Of a stretch of DNA of 64,000 nucleotides, positions 14,603 through 28,799 are shown piece after piece; the first letter of the stretch is position 1, and every line of letters begins with the position of its first letter. Origin of the DNA: Trichosphaerium sp. ATCC 40318 (lineage: Eukaryota > Protista > Tubulinea); NCBI GenBank assembly GCA_038496445.1, contig JALMLS010000093.1, forward strand, positions 861,710 through 925,709. Reading direction: 5' to 3'. Below the pieces are notes generated by a model. The model saw nothing but the letters and a program-made list of their open reading frames with translations. It did no database searches and was not told the origin of the DNA. A program made the position numbers and the translations under genes.

Positions 14603-15299
14603 ATGAAAGCCACGGTACTTGTCAAATTAACAAGAAATGGCGCAGGGTGCGTTTGCCCATTACTTCCCAACAATTATAAATCGATAAATACGATCTCCTA
14701 CACGCCGACATCTTTGCAAACCTCTCTTCAAACCATTTTGATGCGCGTGAATCTCACACAAATTGTAGGAATGAGTGGACACGCATAGATGCCCCAAGCA
14801 CCAATACGATCGTTGTTAGGAAGACCCTTGGCAGAAGATTACGAATCGTCGTTGTATCTGACATTCCACTATCCCAAACTGCACTCTTGGATATCAAACT
14901 TGTTCAAATAGACGATACCGTACGTATTGTTCAGCTATGATCTGTGTTTTGGCGTGTTGGCGCTTTTTTCCCATTTTCTCCGCTAACTGCCACTAGGGCA
15001 TGGAAACTTCTTACACAATGGATTCCAATGCTTTCGAGCTTCGTGGTATTTACCACAGTGTAACAAAAATAGGTAAGGGGTTAAACAGTATTGCCGTTTC
15101 ACTAAATATATAATTTTCAGCAGATAATAATTCTCGTGAAAACAATCAAGTTTATGTTATGGATGTAAAATTGTACAGAACTGACCACAGATTCTACTTT
15201 ACTGTTGGTGTGGAAGACGCAATGAATACACAGCGATGCACAACGGCTGATTTTGTAACAAGAAGTAGGCACATCAATTTTTGTAGTAGAAGGAGATGA
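14603..15299 (+). CDS. Spliced hypothetical protein (5' end uncertain)
   Basis: In-frame exons NEWTRIDAP...IDDT / GMETSY...TKI / DNNSRENNQVYVMDVKLY...RRR* with canonical junctions. Confidence 0.5.
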
Positions 15300-15510
15300 T
15301 CACAAAAGGGGAAAGCCGTGACTCACAACTCCTTTTTTTAGAATGTAACATAAAAATTTTCCAAAAAAATGCTGTAAATAATCGAATGTAATAAAATAAA
15401 CAAACAATCACAAGAAATGAAAGTAGAATGGTAGCACAAGTTGTATAAACAAGTATTTTAATCTCACACAACCATAAATCTAATGAGATGTACAACCGTA
15501 ATAATGCTAG

Positions 15511-17019
15511 CTAGTCTGACCATTCTTCGTCAGATACCTCATCATCTTCAAGGTCACCTCTACGTGACGCCATAGCGCTCGCAAGCGTATCAGCTAATGA
15601 CCTTTGTCCAACAGCACCGAGTGCGCCAAGGTCTGGTAAATCTTTCTTTGATTCAGTTTCATCCACGTGACGAAGCTGAGTGCCTTTGTGAATCTAAACC
15701 CTGCGTCAGACAAGAGTGAAACTCACACGATTAGTAATACCTCTGATAGGAGACCAGCTGATTTTCCTTGCTTTTGAGGTGTTCCAGTAGTAGGATGTGG
15801 CGCCCTTGGGCGCGCAGGGGGAGGGCGAGCAGCTATTCAGGATTAAAAGGGTGCGTTCTTATAAAAAAATAACTAGGTACCTCCGCTTGCGCCAGGTGGA
15901 GGTGGTGGTGGGGGTGCGCTCATACCGGCAGGTGAAGGTGCTGGTGGAGGCGGTGGCGGTGATGGGGCAGCAGAAGTTCCAGGCATGGGCGGTGGTGTCT
16001 CACCATTAGCTGTCATGTGATCCGAAATTACACCTAAACAAAATTTAATGTGGGTTTTTTTTTTTGTTTCATTAAAACCTGTAGCGTACCCATCATAAAC
16101 GCGGCCGTCTCTGGATTCTTAAGTTCCGACTTTTTGACACCAGCAGCCTGGAAGAGTTTTTTCCAATCCTCTGGGATATTTCTAACAGATGCGTGTCAAA
16201 ATTACAATTAAATTGCTAACTCCTCTTACCTGACTTCGAAACCTTGCGTCTTGTCCCAGCCAATATGTCTTTGATGTCTGAAATTAGTAGGACCTGATAA
16301 AGAGAATCCTTCAGGCGCTGCTGGCTCCTTGTGGAAGAGCTTTGAAAAGAAGTGACCCTTTTTCTTTTTCTTCTTGGACTTTTCATGTTTTTCGTGTTTC
16401 TTTTGCTTCTTAGCGCCAACAGCGCTCTTGGCAGCATTGATTGTTTGAAAAAACTGGGTTGCGTCGGTTTCATCTATTAACCAGTGTCAAAAAAACGTTA
16501 ACGAAACTTGGATCCAGAACGGCATAAAAACGTGTTGCAAAAATCTTTTTTGACGCCACTAACCAGCGAAAGACAAGCCCGCTATGTGGTCGTCTAGTTC
16601 GAATGCATGAAAGAATGAGGTCGTTTGCTGATAAATGACGTCGATGTACAGTTCTTGGTCCCACACTATGGTCCTTTTCTAATGCCGCGGTTTAGGTTTG
16701 TGATACAGTAAAGTTCATGTTTGTTGGACTAGATAAGCAAAAATACGCAGTACGTACATCTAAATCAACGAGCTTTACATACCAAGAGTTGCTCGAGTTA
16801 GATACAATTACAGCGGCGCCCATTAATCCTGTATCGCTCCATGTAGAGCCGTCAGCGACGTACAGCTTTACAGCAGTTGCTATGTGGTACTAACAATAAG
16901 ATTAAAGGCAACAATGCAAATAGTTCAAAAAAACTACGTTTTAGTTGCGTATCACGAACCTCAAAACCGCTTGTAGCGTTTTTAACGCATGCAATATCAC
17001 TAGAGTCAAGAGCAGGCAT
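15511..17019 (-). CDS. WASP: Wiskott-Aldrich syndrome protein family actin nucleation-promoting factor
   Basis: WH1 (VWDQELY...FFHAFELDDHIAGLSFA), CRIB (SGPTNFRHQRHIGWD), IPEDWKKLFQAAGV, poly-Pro, WH2 (LLSEIHKGTQLRHV) and acidic end DDEVSDEEWSD*. Confidence 0.93.
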
Positions 17020-17234
17020 AATTAAAAACACACTACGATGTGTCTAGGCGTTAGACTAGTTTTCAGTGAGAGTTTTAATTGAACAGGGAGCGATGTGACC
17101 GGTACCCCCAAGTCTTGATAATTAAAAATAACGCAAGGGACCAATTTTTTTTTTTTTTGTGCAATTTTTGAATTTTATTCAGTTTTTTTTACTTTGCATT
17201 TTGTACATAGACCAATGCTGTAGAGCAAAAACGA

Positions 17235-20200
17235 ATGGCCCAAATGGCAGATATACCTAATACAATCCCTGCCAGGGACCAAGAAACAGTTGCTGACCAA
17301 GAAACGCACCTCCTTGGAAATCTGTTAGACGACAGGGAAGAAAAGAGCCAAATGCACAACGGGCAACCGAATAACATGCCAATGCCACAACCGCACTTAT
17401 TGCCACCCGATAGGCCCTATTCAGCGCCACCGGTGGTGTTTGATTCCGGTGTTAACATAGAAGATGACGATCTCATGAATCAGGTAATTAGCACTCGCCA
17501 AGCGTCAAAAACGCCTAGTTTTTCCTTTTGAGCTTTCACCTTGATTGTCAGACTTAAAATTGGCTCTCCATTGTTTATTTGTACTGTTTCAACGACAAAT
17601 CCGCTCAGATTCTTTGTTGTGACCCTTATTTAGATTATTGGCGGTGGATTTGGCCTAAACTACCCACGCGTATCTCCTTCAATATCTCTAGGATGGGATA
17701 CAGCCTTCAATCCGCCTCACCCCACTAGTATCCACCAAAACAAAAAAATTTAAACTGAAAATACTGAAAGTTTTTGTGTTATTCTGATTTTCAAACGCTC
17801 TTTGAAAAACAACAGCGTCGCTATTTGGGGTAAAAGTGACATATTGGTTTGCAATTTTGTCTCTTTTTTTTTTTTTTTGGTGAGCTTGCGAACCAACAAA
17901 TTACTCCCTCTTACGCGCTGTGACAATGCACTTGTATTCCTTAACACTAAAGAACCGCCACATGAGATGCTAAATGATCACGCTCGCCAAAACCGCATCC
18001 CAAATGAATACGAACGCCATGATATGCCTAACGGTATGCACCGTGATACAAACAACCCTCACAACGAGCCTGCTGGATTCAACGGTAGATTTGCTTCGAG
18101 TGGTTCCAGTGGATTTCCACCAAACGGTGTTGGCGCAGCGCCAGGTACTTTGCGTGATTGTAAACTACTCGAGTTTTCTATTTCTGTTATTATTTCTTTG
18201 AGCTAATTTTTTTTTTTTACAAGGCTGGAATCGCCGTGAGCCGCGAAGAAACCCTGCACCTATTGGTGTAAAACCGCCTACGCCTGTAGGAATAAATCCG
18301 TCTGTTGATTGGGGACAAAGCGAATTAAATGGGTACCAAAGATTTGTTTTTTTTTTTCATTATTTTTTTTGCTGTGTAAAAAAAACGTTAAAAAGAATGC
18401 TGCTGTGATTCAATATTTACCAATTGGGTTTTGTGTCCTTATTTTTTTGTGTGCTTACGTGGTTAGCGATTACGGTCAACGGTCTCCAAAACTCATAAAA
18501 AAACCGTTTGCTGAGCGGCATTCGCGTAGGGGTAATCAGGGCCAACAACAAGGAGGTCGCATGCATTCTGCTCGCGCATCACTCCCTTTCAACCAAGTAC
18601 CTCAGCACAATTTGGACCCAACAGTGTACCCAGATACACGTCAAAGTGGGCTAACGCAACAAATGCAACAAATGTCTCTTGGTATTGACCCAGGGGTGCG
18701 TATTCTCGCAACGTTTGCTTTTTTTTTTTTTTGTGACCTAGTTTTCCCTACTTTTTTTTTTTTTCAGTCGAAGCCTTATGCGTTGCTTTAGATGTCTTCG
18801 TTTACACCTACAACACAAATTATTGGCACTGCGGGATTACCACATGGCGGATTTTATACACCTACTACAGTGCCTTATCCAGGCTTTAGCATGGTCCGCC
18901 CTGCGCAACAAATAGGCGTCGTACGCTTTTGTTTTGAGTGGTTTTTGTAATTGCCTTACATAATCTTAGATTGGCGTTCCGCAAGGCCAAAACCCACCGC
19001 AAATGGTCATGCCAAGACGTGGTCTTTATGCCAGTACGTAAATTAAAGGAGTTTATGCTTTTTCTTTGTATTGTATTATGTGGTTGCCTGATGTAACACG
19101 TATTATCCAGCTCCTCATCCAATTGGTTCTGTGCCTGTACAAAAAGAGGCGACGCACGGACAACGCAGCCAGCGCGGACAACACAGCCAGCGTGGACAAC
19201 ACAGTCCTCATAATCGCGGTCAGCATATGCACAGCCCTCATGGTCAACATAACCAACATGGTCAAACACCTTCGCCAGATTATCACTTTGGGCCAAACTC
19301 GATGTACCAAGAGCGTCAACCACAACGCAACTTGGCACCTGGTTCAGGATCTTTTATGAACCAACAAGGTCCTCCTAGTCGAGAACCTATTGGGTCTGGA
19401 ACACTTAATAGAGGTAAATATATTTTTGATAAGCGATTTGCTGCCAATACAAATCTCACAAAAAGTAATTAGGTGGCTATTCTAACCGCGATAATAATGG
19501 TGGGAATGGAAGCTCTTCGTCTCGTTCTAGGCCAACAAGCACTAACAGGCCAATGCGCAGCTCACTTCTTGAGGATTTCAGAAACTCGAAGAACAATAAA
19601 AAGTTTGAGCTAAAAGTACGCAATAAATCAAAAGTATGTTTGTAATTTTGTTGCACTAACAACTTGAAAAAGGATATTGTTGGCCACTTTGTGGAATTTT
19701 CTGGTGATCAACACGGTTCGAGATTTATTCAACAGAAACTCGAAACTGCGTCAACTGCGGAGAAGAATATGGTATTCAAAGAAATCTACCCAAAGGCTTT
19801 ATACCTAATGGTGGATGTATTCGGAAACTATGTGATACAAAAATTTTTTGAACACGGTGCGCTTTTTCATCCTCTTTTTTATTTTTTTGAGCTTTGGTGC
19901 TTGAATTTGGTCTTTTTATGTATCATTTGTGCTGATGTCGCAAAAGGTACCCCTGAACAGAAGCGCCTATTAGGTGAGCAATTGAAGGGTCAAGTTGTTT
20001 ATCTATCGCGACAAATGTATGGATGTCGCGTTGTACAAAAAGCCCTTGAGGTAATCGATGTAAAGCAACAAGCGGAGCTTGTAAAAGAACTAGAGGTGAG
20101 GAAGGATAACCTTTTTTTTTTTTTTTCTTTTTTTTCTCATTGTTAATCATTCGCTCTTTTACTTATTTTTCTCGCTTAGGGACACGTTCTCAAATGTATA

Positions 20201-21194
20201 AAGGATCAGAATGGCAATCACGTCATTCAAAAGGTTATCGAGCAGGTTGGAAATGCACGTGCTTTGTCCTCTTTACACGTAAAAAACAAACCTACTACCC
20301 CACCCATTCTTCTTTCTCTATTTTTGGGAAATTGTACTGTATAAAGCTCACTATCCCTTAGGTCCCTCCACACCTGAGCCGATTCATTGTCGAGACCTTC
20401 CAAGGTCGTGTATACCAATTGGCAACTCATTCATATGGGTGCCGCGTCATTCAGCGCATACTCGAACATTGTCCTGAGGTATTATTATTTTTTGTTGGAG
20501 TTGTATTTTGGTTTTTTATGTTATGCGCAAACAAAAACCAACTGATATATGATTTTAGTGTGTACTTGACGAATTACTTGGTTGTGTGCTCGATTTGGTA
20601 ATGGATCAATATGGTAACTACGTTGTACAGCATGTATTGAAGAATGGATCACCAAGGTATTTTTTTGGTTACCTTCGTGAAGGTGAATGTAAAACTAAAA
20701 TTGTTTTTCTAGTGACAAAAAACATATCGTTGCCCAGATGCAAGGTCGCGTGTTGGCCTTGAGCCAACACAAATATGCCAGTAACGTCATCGAAAAAGTC
20801 GTACAGCATGGTTCGTATGAAGACAGGGATTGGATTATCACTGAGGTGCTAGAAGAACACAATGGGTTAGTTACTTTATTTAAATTTTATTCGAACACTT
20901 TCTTTTGTTTGCTAACTTATCTGATAGCACTCTGGCGCTAGAAATAATGATGAAAGATCAATTTGCAAACTACGTCATTCAAAAGATAATCAATGTGGCA
21001 GAGCCTAGACAAAGAGAGCGCCTGGTACGGAATTAAAGATATTTGATGATGTTTTGTTGTCTTGCTGATTTTTTGTTTCCTCTTTTTAGGTGCGCAAAAT
21101 TCAACCACACATTGCCACTTTGAAGAAGTACACATACGGAAAGCACATTATTGCCCGCCTGGAGAAAATCATAGGCAAGGGCAGCTTGGGTTGA
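17235..21194 (+). CDS. PUM: Pumilio/PUF RNA-binding protein
   Basis: Q/P/N-rich N-terminus, then PUF repeats: [103 protein letters not shown]. Confidence 0.95.
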
Positions 21195-22324
21195 GCTGGA
21201 GGGCTCTCTTCAGTCAAGTTTTTTTTTGTCAGGTCAACAAAGACATTGTTTGATAGTGTACAGAAATGGGAACCGGCTTTTATATTTATCTTGCTGACTG
21301 ACAGAAGAAGCACTGACGTTTTGTTAATTTGTTCATGTTTGTTTTGTGTATATACTGTAAATTGTATGTACGTTTGCATGAACTTCCTAATGTTGATATT
21401 GTAATAAGAATAAATGTCAATAGTTCATGATTTAAAATAACATGTTTGATGAGATTTTGTAACTTGTAACAAGCCCTTACAAAGTAGTATAATGTTTAGT
21501 AAACACAATCAATACATAACAATGCACAATATAGTATAGTTGGTGGTGATGTACAAGCATGAAGGATGTAGGGTTAAGGTTACCTAAACCTCTACTTTTT
21601 TGATTTTATTAGATTTTGCTACTTTCATGGCTGTGCCGTTAGGCACAGGCATGTATTATTATGATGTGCAGCATCAAAAATGATATTCGTGCACTACATG
21701 GCCCATGAGCAACATGTGAACTTTTTTTTTTTGCAAATTTTGAAATATTTTTACCATGCAGTTGCATTTGGAGGCTGCATTTACAAATGTATTTTTAATT
21801 ACTTTATGTATGTACATATATGTTATTAGGCCATATAAACGTGGTACAAGCAATAATTTATTTGTAGGTATTCATAGTGATGAGTTATATAGATGTAAGG
21901 GTTAGGGTTATAATGAAAACGAGCCCACTAGCTGAGCAGAAATATGGCTTCAAGCACCCCTCATGAAAATATGAAATATGTTTCTAGCCCTTAAATGGCC
22001 GTTGCAAGCCAAATATGGCATCGAAATTATCATAGGTATCCTTCATAATGAGATAGCATTTTTAGTGGCATTTTTACCGCTTTTTAGCACTTTTTAGCGG
22101 CAAAATCATGTTGGCTTAAGGATTGCTTACACAACGGCATTATAAAATCACCTATAACACCCCACAAAGCTTTTTTGTATGCGCTTATAATCTGACTACA
22201 TGATGCAAGCAACGATTTGGTCATAGATGGTCATGGCTTTTGGTGATTCGAATGCGCGTTCATTGCTTATTTTTAAGCAACTTCTTTTTGCATGAGGGCC
22301 TCTCTTGCCATATCGTCTCGTGGG

Positions 22325-22348
22325 TTAGGGTTAGGGTTAGGGTTAGGG
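22325..22348 (+). repeat. Interstitial telomere-type repeat (TTAGGG)4
   Basis: Four exact tandem TTAGGG copies; degenerate TAGGGTT copies at about 21569, 21900, 23398, 23640-23727, 23832 and 23848. Confidence 0.85.
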
Positions 22349-24185
22349 TACTACTACAGAGGTGCCAAATGTTTTAGCAGATTCTGATCCTTGAGAATAC
22401 CCTTTGAAAAAATAGAATACTTTTTCTTATGTAAAACACCGCCGCGATGTTGGTAGAAGCAACTAGATTTGTGTCAGTGGCATACATGCTGAGATAGCCA
22501 TTTTTGAGGCCTTTTTTTTGCTTTTGGCAGCCAAAATCCAGCTGATTTTCATTTGATAGAAGTTTGTATGGGGGCCTTGATTACAATAATGCCTATGTCA
22601 ACCTTAAATATGTACTTGTATGTAATTTTAATCATAGATTATGATGCAACCAACGATATTGCCATATGTGCTTACCATGTAAAGTTATTAATACATATGT
22701 TGCTTTCATCTTTTCTTACAACACGTTTTTGCATGTAGTCACGACCATGTGCATTATGAAAAGGGCGCTAATTTTGCGTGCGGTCGTAATATTTAGCGTA
22801 TATCATGGTACAAACGTGTATTTTGGTGGGTGGCATATATGCGATTCAAAACTGGCGAATTGTGAAAATTGAAAATATTTTTTTGATTTTGGATGGCTCA
22901 CCACCATACCCCAAGATACTTTTTGTCCCCAAATTCATATTGACCAATTTAGATTTATGCATGAAAGTATGGCAAGCAAGATGATATAAGAATTTTTTAC
23001 CTACATGCCATAATAGATTTTTGGAATTTTTTGGGATTTGGCCTGAAATATGTTGGCTGCCTTTACTTATGGTGGTAGCTGTATAGCATAGCCCTAATTT
23101 AGGCCAATTTTGCAAGCTAATCCCAAATCTTTGTGTGATTTCAAAAATATAAAATATATGTCGTTCGGCGAAATAATTGGATTTGCAGGCATTGATACTT
23201 GGTTGCTAAGAAATGCTAAAAATGCTGATTTTTCCAACATGTTCTCCAACCCCCCCTTGCTCCTCCGCTATACCATATGCCTTGTTATATGCTTATCACA
23301 TGATTATTATGCCATATTTACATGGTGATAAAATCCACAATGTGATTCAGCATAGTGATAGAAATTAAATATTTTTTGTCATTTTATGGTCTACCCATTA
23401 GGGTTGCCTTGATTACTCACCATGTATATCATCATATATGTAGCGCTTGCTGTATCAAGTATTAATATGTCTTGTTTTATTATTTATGAAGTATGAGCAA
23501 TTTATATTGCCCTGGTGCATAATTATGAGGTGTTTTTATAGAAGTACTAAGTTTTTTAATATTTAGTGTATATTTTCGCTTAATGAGCAAGACTTGCCTT
23601 TTTTGGTAGTTGATTCACCGAATGAGAATCAGCAAACACTAGGGTTTAAACCCCTAAGCCCTAGTATACAAAACTCTAATTCACTGATACTAGGGTTTTC
23701 ACCGAACGTTAGGGGTTAGGGTTTAGGAGTATGTACCAACCGTATTTTTTTGTACACTACTCTACCCTGTTGTAAAATTTTTTCGATTTTTTTGGCTTTT
23801 TTTTATGTTTTTTGCACATACAATCTCCCTGTAGGGTTACAGCAAGATAGGGTTTTTTACAAACCCAGGACCTCATCAACAATCTTGCAAACTGTCAAAT
23901 TCTCATTTTTTTCTTACTTTTTTTAAACAGGCGAAATTTCCAATTCACATTTCGAAACACGAAATTTTCCTGTCTATTTCTCAACGCAATTATTGGGGGA
24001 AAAAAAGCCTCATTTTACTTTTTTGACTTTTCATAAATCAAGGATGAGCTCAGATGAAGACCTCTCTCTCATAAACATTGAGTTTTCTGATGAGGATGAG
24101 CCCTTCAAAGAAGCTGATGGTAAGCCCAGGCTCAGGAGGAAGAGAGTACTAGGTACTAACCTCTTTTTTACTCTTTGTTTTTTTT

Positions 24186-24240
24186 AAAACCCCCTTTATT
24201 AGTCTTATTTTAATTTTTAAAGACTAATAAAGGGGGTTTT
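24186..24240. repeat. Perfect 21-bp inverted repeat (hairpin, 13-nt loop) in the first intron of the outer gene
   Basis: AAAACCCCCTTTATTAGTCTT ... AAGACTAATAAAGGGGGTTTT. Confidence 0.9.
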
Positions 24241-24470
24241 TTTGCTTTTAAATGGTTTTTTCAAAACCCCTAATTTTTCAAATAAATTTCGAAAAAAAAA
24301 TGACGGTTTTTGTACACGGTTTTCATGTGTCCGATTTTTTCGTTACCATGCGGTTTTTTTGCATGGTAGAACCAAACCCAAACGAGGATTTCGTAACACG
24401 CAGAACGCGTGTGCGTTGTTTTTCATTTGGTTTTGGTTCACACTGTTTTATTTTGCTTTAATTTTCAACA

Positions 24471-24954
24471 GCGAGCTCGCCGTGGCATTAGAACACGTAT
24501 ATCGCGTGTTAGAAAGTCGCGCTAGTTGGCGGTTGGTTTTGGTACACAATTAAATTGTGTACTTTTTTTTTAATTTTTTTTGTTGTTTTGCTTTTTTTAC
24601 AGACCATGAGCTCGTTGTACGGTTTTAAACACGCTTTTTACGTGTTCGTACATGACCGCGAGCTCGCGGTCGGTTTTTGTACACATAAAAAGTGTGTACT
24701 TTTTTAAAAACTGTTTTTTTATAAAGTCTTGCTTTATAACTGACTGTAAGCTTGCTGCATGGTATACAACACATGTTTATTGTGTTCGTACCCGACCGCG
24801 AGCTCGTGGTCGGTTTTTGTACACATAAAAAGTGTGTACTTTTTAAAAAACCGTTTTTTTTTTATAAAGTCTTGCTTTATAACTGACTGCAAGCTTGCCG
24901 TTGTGTATGTAACACATTTTTAATGTGTTCGTTTCTGACTGCAAGCTCGAGGTC
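24471..24954. repeat. Cluster of GACCGCGAGCTCGCGGTC palindromes in ~140-bp tandem units (intronic)
   Basis: Copies at 24654 (perfect), 24794 (1 mismatch), 24937, 24602 and 24471 (degenerate); flanking sequence repeats with a ~140-bp period. Confidence 0.9.
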
Positions 24955-25749
24955 ATACTTTCCACACAGAAAAAACGTGTTTGTATATTTATTTAATGTG
25001 CCATCTTCTAATACTCTTTTTAGCTCCAACAAGCCCTGGTTGGATGATTGTGAGTACCCATGGAAACCACAACACTGAAACAAAAATTGTGGGTACTCTC
25101 ATTGGAGAACACAGAGATGTTATCTTTGGTTTTGAGTAAGTTGGTTGTTTTTTTGGTTTTTTTTTTGTTTTGTCCATTTTTTTTTTTTTTATCCATTAAA
25201 TTTTGCGTTCAATGCAACACGCGTGGCGCATGTTCGTAAACGTAGCTGTCATTTATATTTTTTTTTTATTTTTTGTTTTTTTTTTTATTTTTTGTTTTTT
25301 TTTTTATTTTTAATTCATTTCAACTAATTTATCTATGTAGAGGTGTTATCATAGCCAACCAGTTGGTTTATGCTAAAACCATGCCCATCAAGAGGATGAA
25401 GAGATGCCTAAATGGGTTTTTTGCTGCCAGCTTTGACAATGTGTTGGAGTCCCAAATAACTCCTAACAACAAGCTGAAGGCAGCATTCAAGGTACGTTTT
25501 CCGATACATACACGTTCGGGCTGTGTTCGTTTTATTTCAGTTTTTTTTTTTGATTTCAGGGCTAAAAATATTCCCAGCAAATGAACTGTAATTGCTGTAA
25601 ATTTTAGGTAAAAATTACTGTCAAATGACAAAATTTGCAGCAAATCAACAGCAAAAAACTACAGCATTTGACGGAAAATTCAGGGTTTTTACTGAGAAAT
25701 TCAGTAAACATATCAGGCATTTACTGCCATAATTTGTCTAATAAAGGAG

Positions 25750-26265
25750 TCATTTGCCATCTCAACTCAGCAAATGGTGAGGTTATTTGCCATCACAACT
25801 CAGCAAATGGTGAGGCCATTTGTCGTCACAGCTCAGCAAATGGTGAGGTTATTTGCCATCACAACTCAGTAAACAGTGAGGTCATTTGTCGTCACAGCTC
25901 AGCAAATGGTGAGGTCATTTGCCATCACAACTCAGCAAACAGTGAGGTCATTTGCCATCACAACTCAGTAAACAGTGAGGTCATTTGCCGTCACAGCTCA
26001 GCAAATGGTGAGGTCATTTGTTGTCACAGTTCAGCAAATGGTGAGAACATTTGTCGTCACAGCTCAGAAAATGGTGAGGACATTTGTCGTCACAGTTCAG
26101 CAAATGGTGAAAACATTTGTCGTCACAGCTCAGCAAATGGTGAGGTCATTTGTCATCACAACTCAGTAAACAGTGAGGTCATTTGCCGTCACAGCTCAGC
26201 AAATGGTGAGAACATTTGTCGTCACAGCTCAGCAAATGGTGAGAACATTTGTCGTCACAGCTCAA
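25750..26265. repeat. 33-bp tandem array (~15-16 copies), left subterminal region of element A
   Basis: Unit CATTTGCCATCACAACTCAGCAAATGGTGAGGT; the core ATTTGCC/GGCAAAT recurs at the right end (43880-43975). Confidence 0.9.
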
Positions 26266-26315
26266 TAAATTTCAGGGTCATAATACAATAACTAGCCTGT
26301 TTATTTCTTACACTA

Positions 26316-28762
26316 TTACAAAAACAAATAACCATTTTCTTTGTTTTTCTCCTTCAGCTCGGCAATTGAATATTTTTGTAAACACTCCAACACTTAAACA
26401 ATAATAATTAGCGCTCGTATCACAAATGAAAAAGACGTACAGCCAATGTGATGTCTGGTTAGATTTGCATTATTTTTTAAAGAAAACCGTTTGAAATAAT
26501 TGATAATTTGATGAGAACTAACAGCAAGCTTGGCATTCTTTAAAATTCTTTTCGCTATCATATCTTCTCGCTTCTACAACACAGTGTTAGCGCATAATTG
26601 ATTGTAAAGGAATAAACACCTCATTTTTAAGCTGTGCAATAGCAGCAAAAATGTATCTTGCCGTCATTTCTGCATTCTGTTGATATGAAAGGTTTTTGTT
26701 GTTGATAACTTTCATAGCGTAGTCTACATTAACAATACGTTTGTATGATTCCAAAGTTGGCATAAAATTGAGCATGCTGTGAACACTTGTTCCAGGACCT
26801 ATTACAAAGAATGAATAGTGATTGCAAAAGTAAAAATGATATCGCACAACAAATAATTACACACTCGTCCTTAGGCACAGCTATCATCGACAACCAACCA
26901 CTGTAACAAAAATAAACATACAAATGGGTCAAAAACTATACATGTTGTTTGTGTAGCAATCAAATAAATCAGTTGGATTAACAATTTTGCATCCTTTGTC
27001 GTTGTACAAAAAAGAAACTACACCAAACACCAAGCATGTGTCAGCAACCTATCAATAAATAAGCACATCAAGTAAACAATCATTACGACCTTCAATGGTT
27101 CTTCTTCGCTCAGTGGTTTGTTGAATCCAATAATTTTGTGCTCGTATGTCGTTTTACCTAAAATAATGAGCCTGGTTTTCTCTGAGTACCAACTTCAAAA
27201 CGCATACAACTACAAAAAGAAAGAAGTTAGATAACATCAAATAATAAAAAAACAGTACCTCGCTATTGCCACATCAATGTATGCCTTCATTTGTTTTGTA
27301 TTAGGGGTTCCATCTTTAGAATACAGCCAAACACAATCTTCATGTAGTTTGTTCCATGGTGAATCATTTGTTCAGAAAAAGACAATTTTGTTTGGAAAAC
27401 TTCAAGAGAAGCCTTTGAAGATACTGCTAATATGAAATTAGTATACATACACCAAAGCAAACGCAACAAACCAGGTATGAAACCAAGTGCGGAGCCAGTC
27501 ACAGTGACACCAGGTGCGGAGCCAGTCACAGTGACACCAGGTGCGGAGCCAGTCACAGTGACACCAGGTGCAGAGCCAGTCACAGTGACACCAGGTGTGG
27601 AGCCAATCACAGAACTAAGCGCAATACCATTCAAAGCAGCAGGCATAGAACCACCCAGCTCAGAACCACTTGGCACAGAATCAGTAGCACCTGTAGAACT
27701 AACAGCAAAATCAGATGTGGCATTTGCCATAGCATTATCATGTAATGAAGGTTGCGACAAATGGTATTGATCCATAAATGTGTTCATCAAGTTTGTAAAT
27801 TGATTGATGTTGTTTGAAAGCACTTCATCGTACTCATCACTACAAATCAATCAAAAATGAGAAAATTAACACTAAATTGGATCCAATACCGTACATGTAC
27901 TTGAAAGCATTATGCTTATTGAAATGGGTAGTGGCTGAAATAAAATACATATCAAACATCACTTTTCCATTCATTAACATGTCCCAATAGCTATTAAACT
28001 ACAAGTAAAAAAATTAGAAAGCGAACAAAGCAGTGAGAAAGCGCACCATTGTTGTAAACATTTCTTTTGTTTTTTGTGTGATTTTAAATGTGAGTCCTAC
28101 ACAAAATACGCGAGCATGAAAAGCTGTTTGAGCGATGGCCACTACATGTAACAATATAAGCAAAAAACTCCAACAAATAGCAACATTTACTGCATACCTG
28201 CATCCTCTTTAGAAATGCCAGGTCGTTTCGCTTTAATTGTTCTTAAATATGCCATTATGTAGCCTTTTATCTTTTTTAATAGGCTCACATATTTCGAGGT
28301 GATGACTTTTGGATTAAAAATAAACTTTCTGAGGGTTTCATCTTCTTGCCATGCAATTTTTATGTCGTTCAATGTGTTAGTTTTGTCTGTGTGGCTGGTG
28401 GCTCCGGCTTCAAAAAATGCAATGTGAATTTTGGTCAATTCTGTTGCCTACAAAAAACCATAAATAATGTACCGAAAATAATTATTTACTCGTACCATCA
28501 TTGAAACCTGAGTAGGCATTGAGTTTTTCTTTATCACATCAATTTCTTTCTTTTGGCTATTTAGCTTGTTGACGACAACATGCATTAAATCATGTACCCC
28601 TCTAAATAGCTAGTAAGTTACAGAAAATGTAAAACAAAAAAAAGAACGTAATTTTGCTTTTACTTACTGTAACATGGCCTCTATATGCTCCGGAGTCATT
28701 TGCCATTTTGGTGGTGGTGTATTTGCCATTTCATTCAAGTTGGGTGGAGTATTTGATGCCAT
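26316..28762 (-). CDS. Element A accessory gene, unknown (possible TnpA-like ORF); probably degraded at the 3' end
   Basis: Spliced exons starting MASNTPPNLNEMANTPPPKW 38 nt downstream of the transposase stop; 27-bp PGVTVTGSA repeats at ~27480-27615. Confidence 0.55.
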
Positions 28763-28799
28763 GTTGAAGTTAATATTACACCGGAGTTGACTTTTTGAT

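Noticed and set aside
20479-20558. Possible missing micro-exon in a Pumilio repeat (about 4 aa short)
   Set aside because: No AG/GT-bounded candidate in the intron; linker length varies in PUF repeats.
22325-22348. True chromosome end
   Set aside because: Only four repeats, with complex sequence on both sides.
25635-26291. 218-aa ORF with ICHHNSANGEV repeats (zinc-finger-like look)
   Set aside because: By-product of a stop-free 33-bp subterminal DNA array at the end of element A; TTG start and no splice context.
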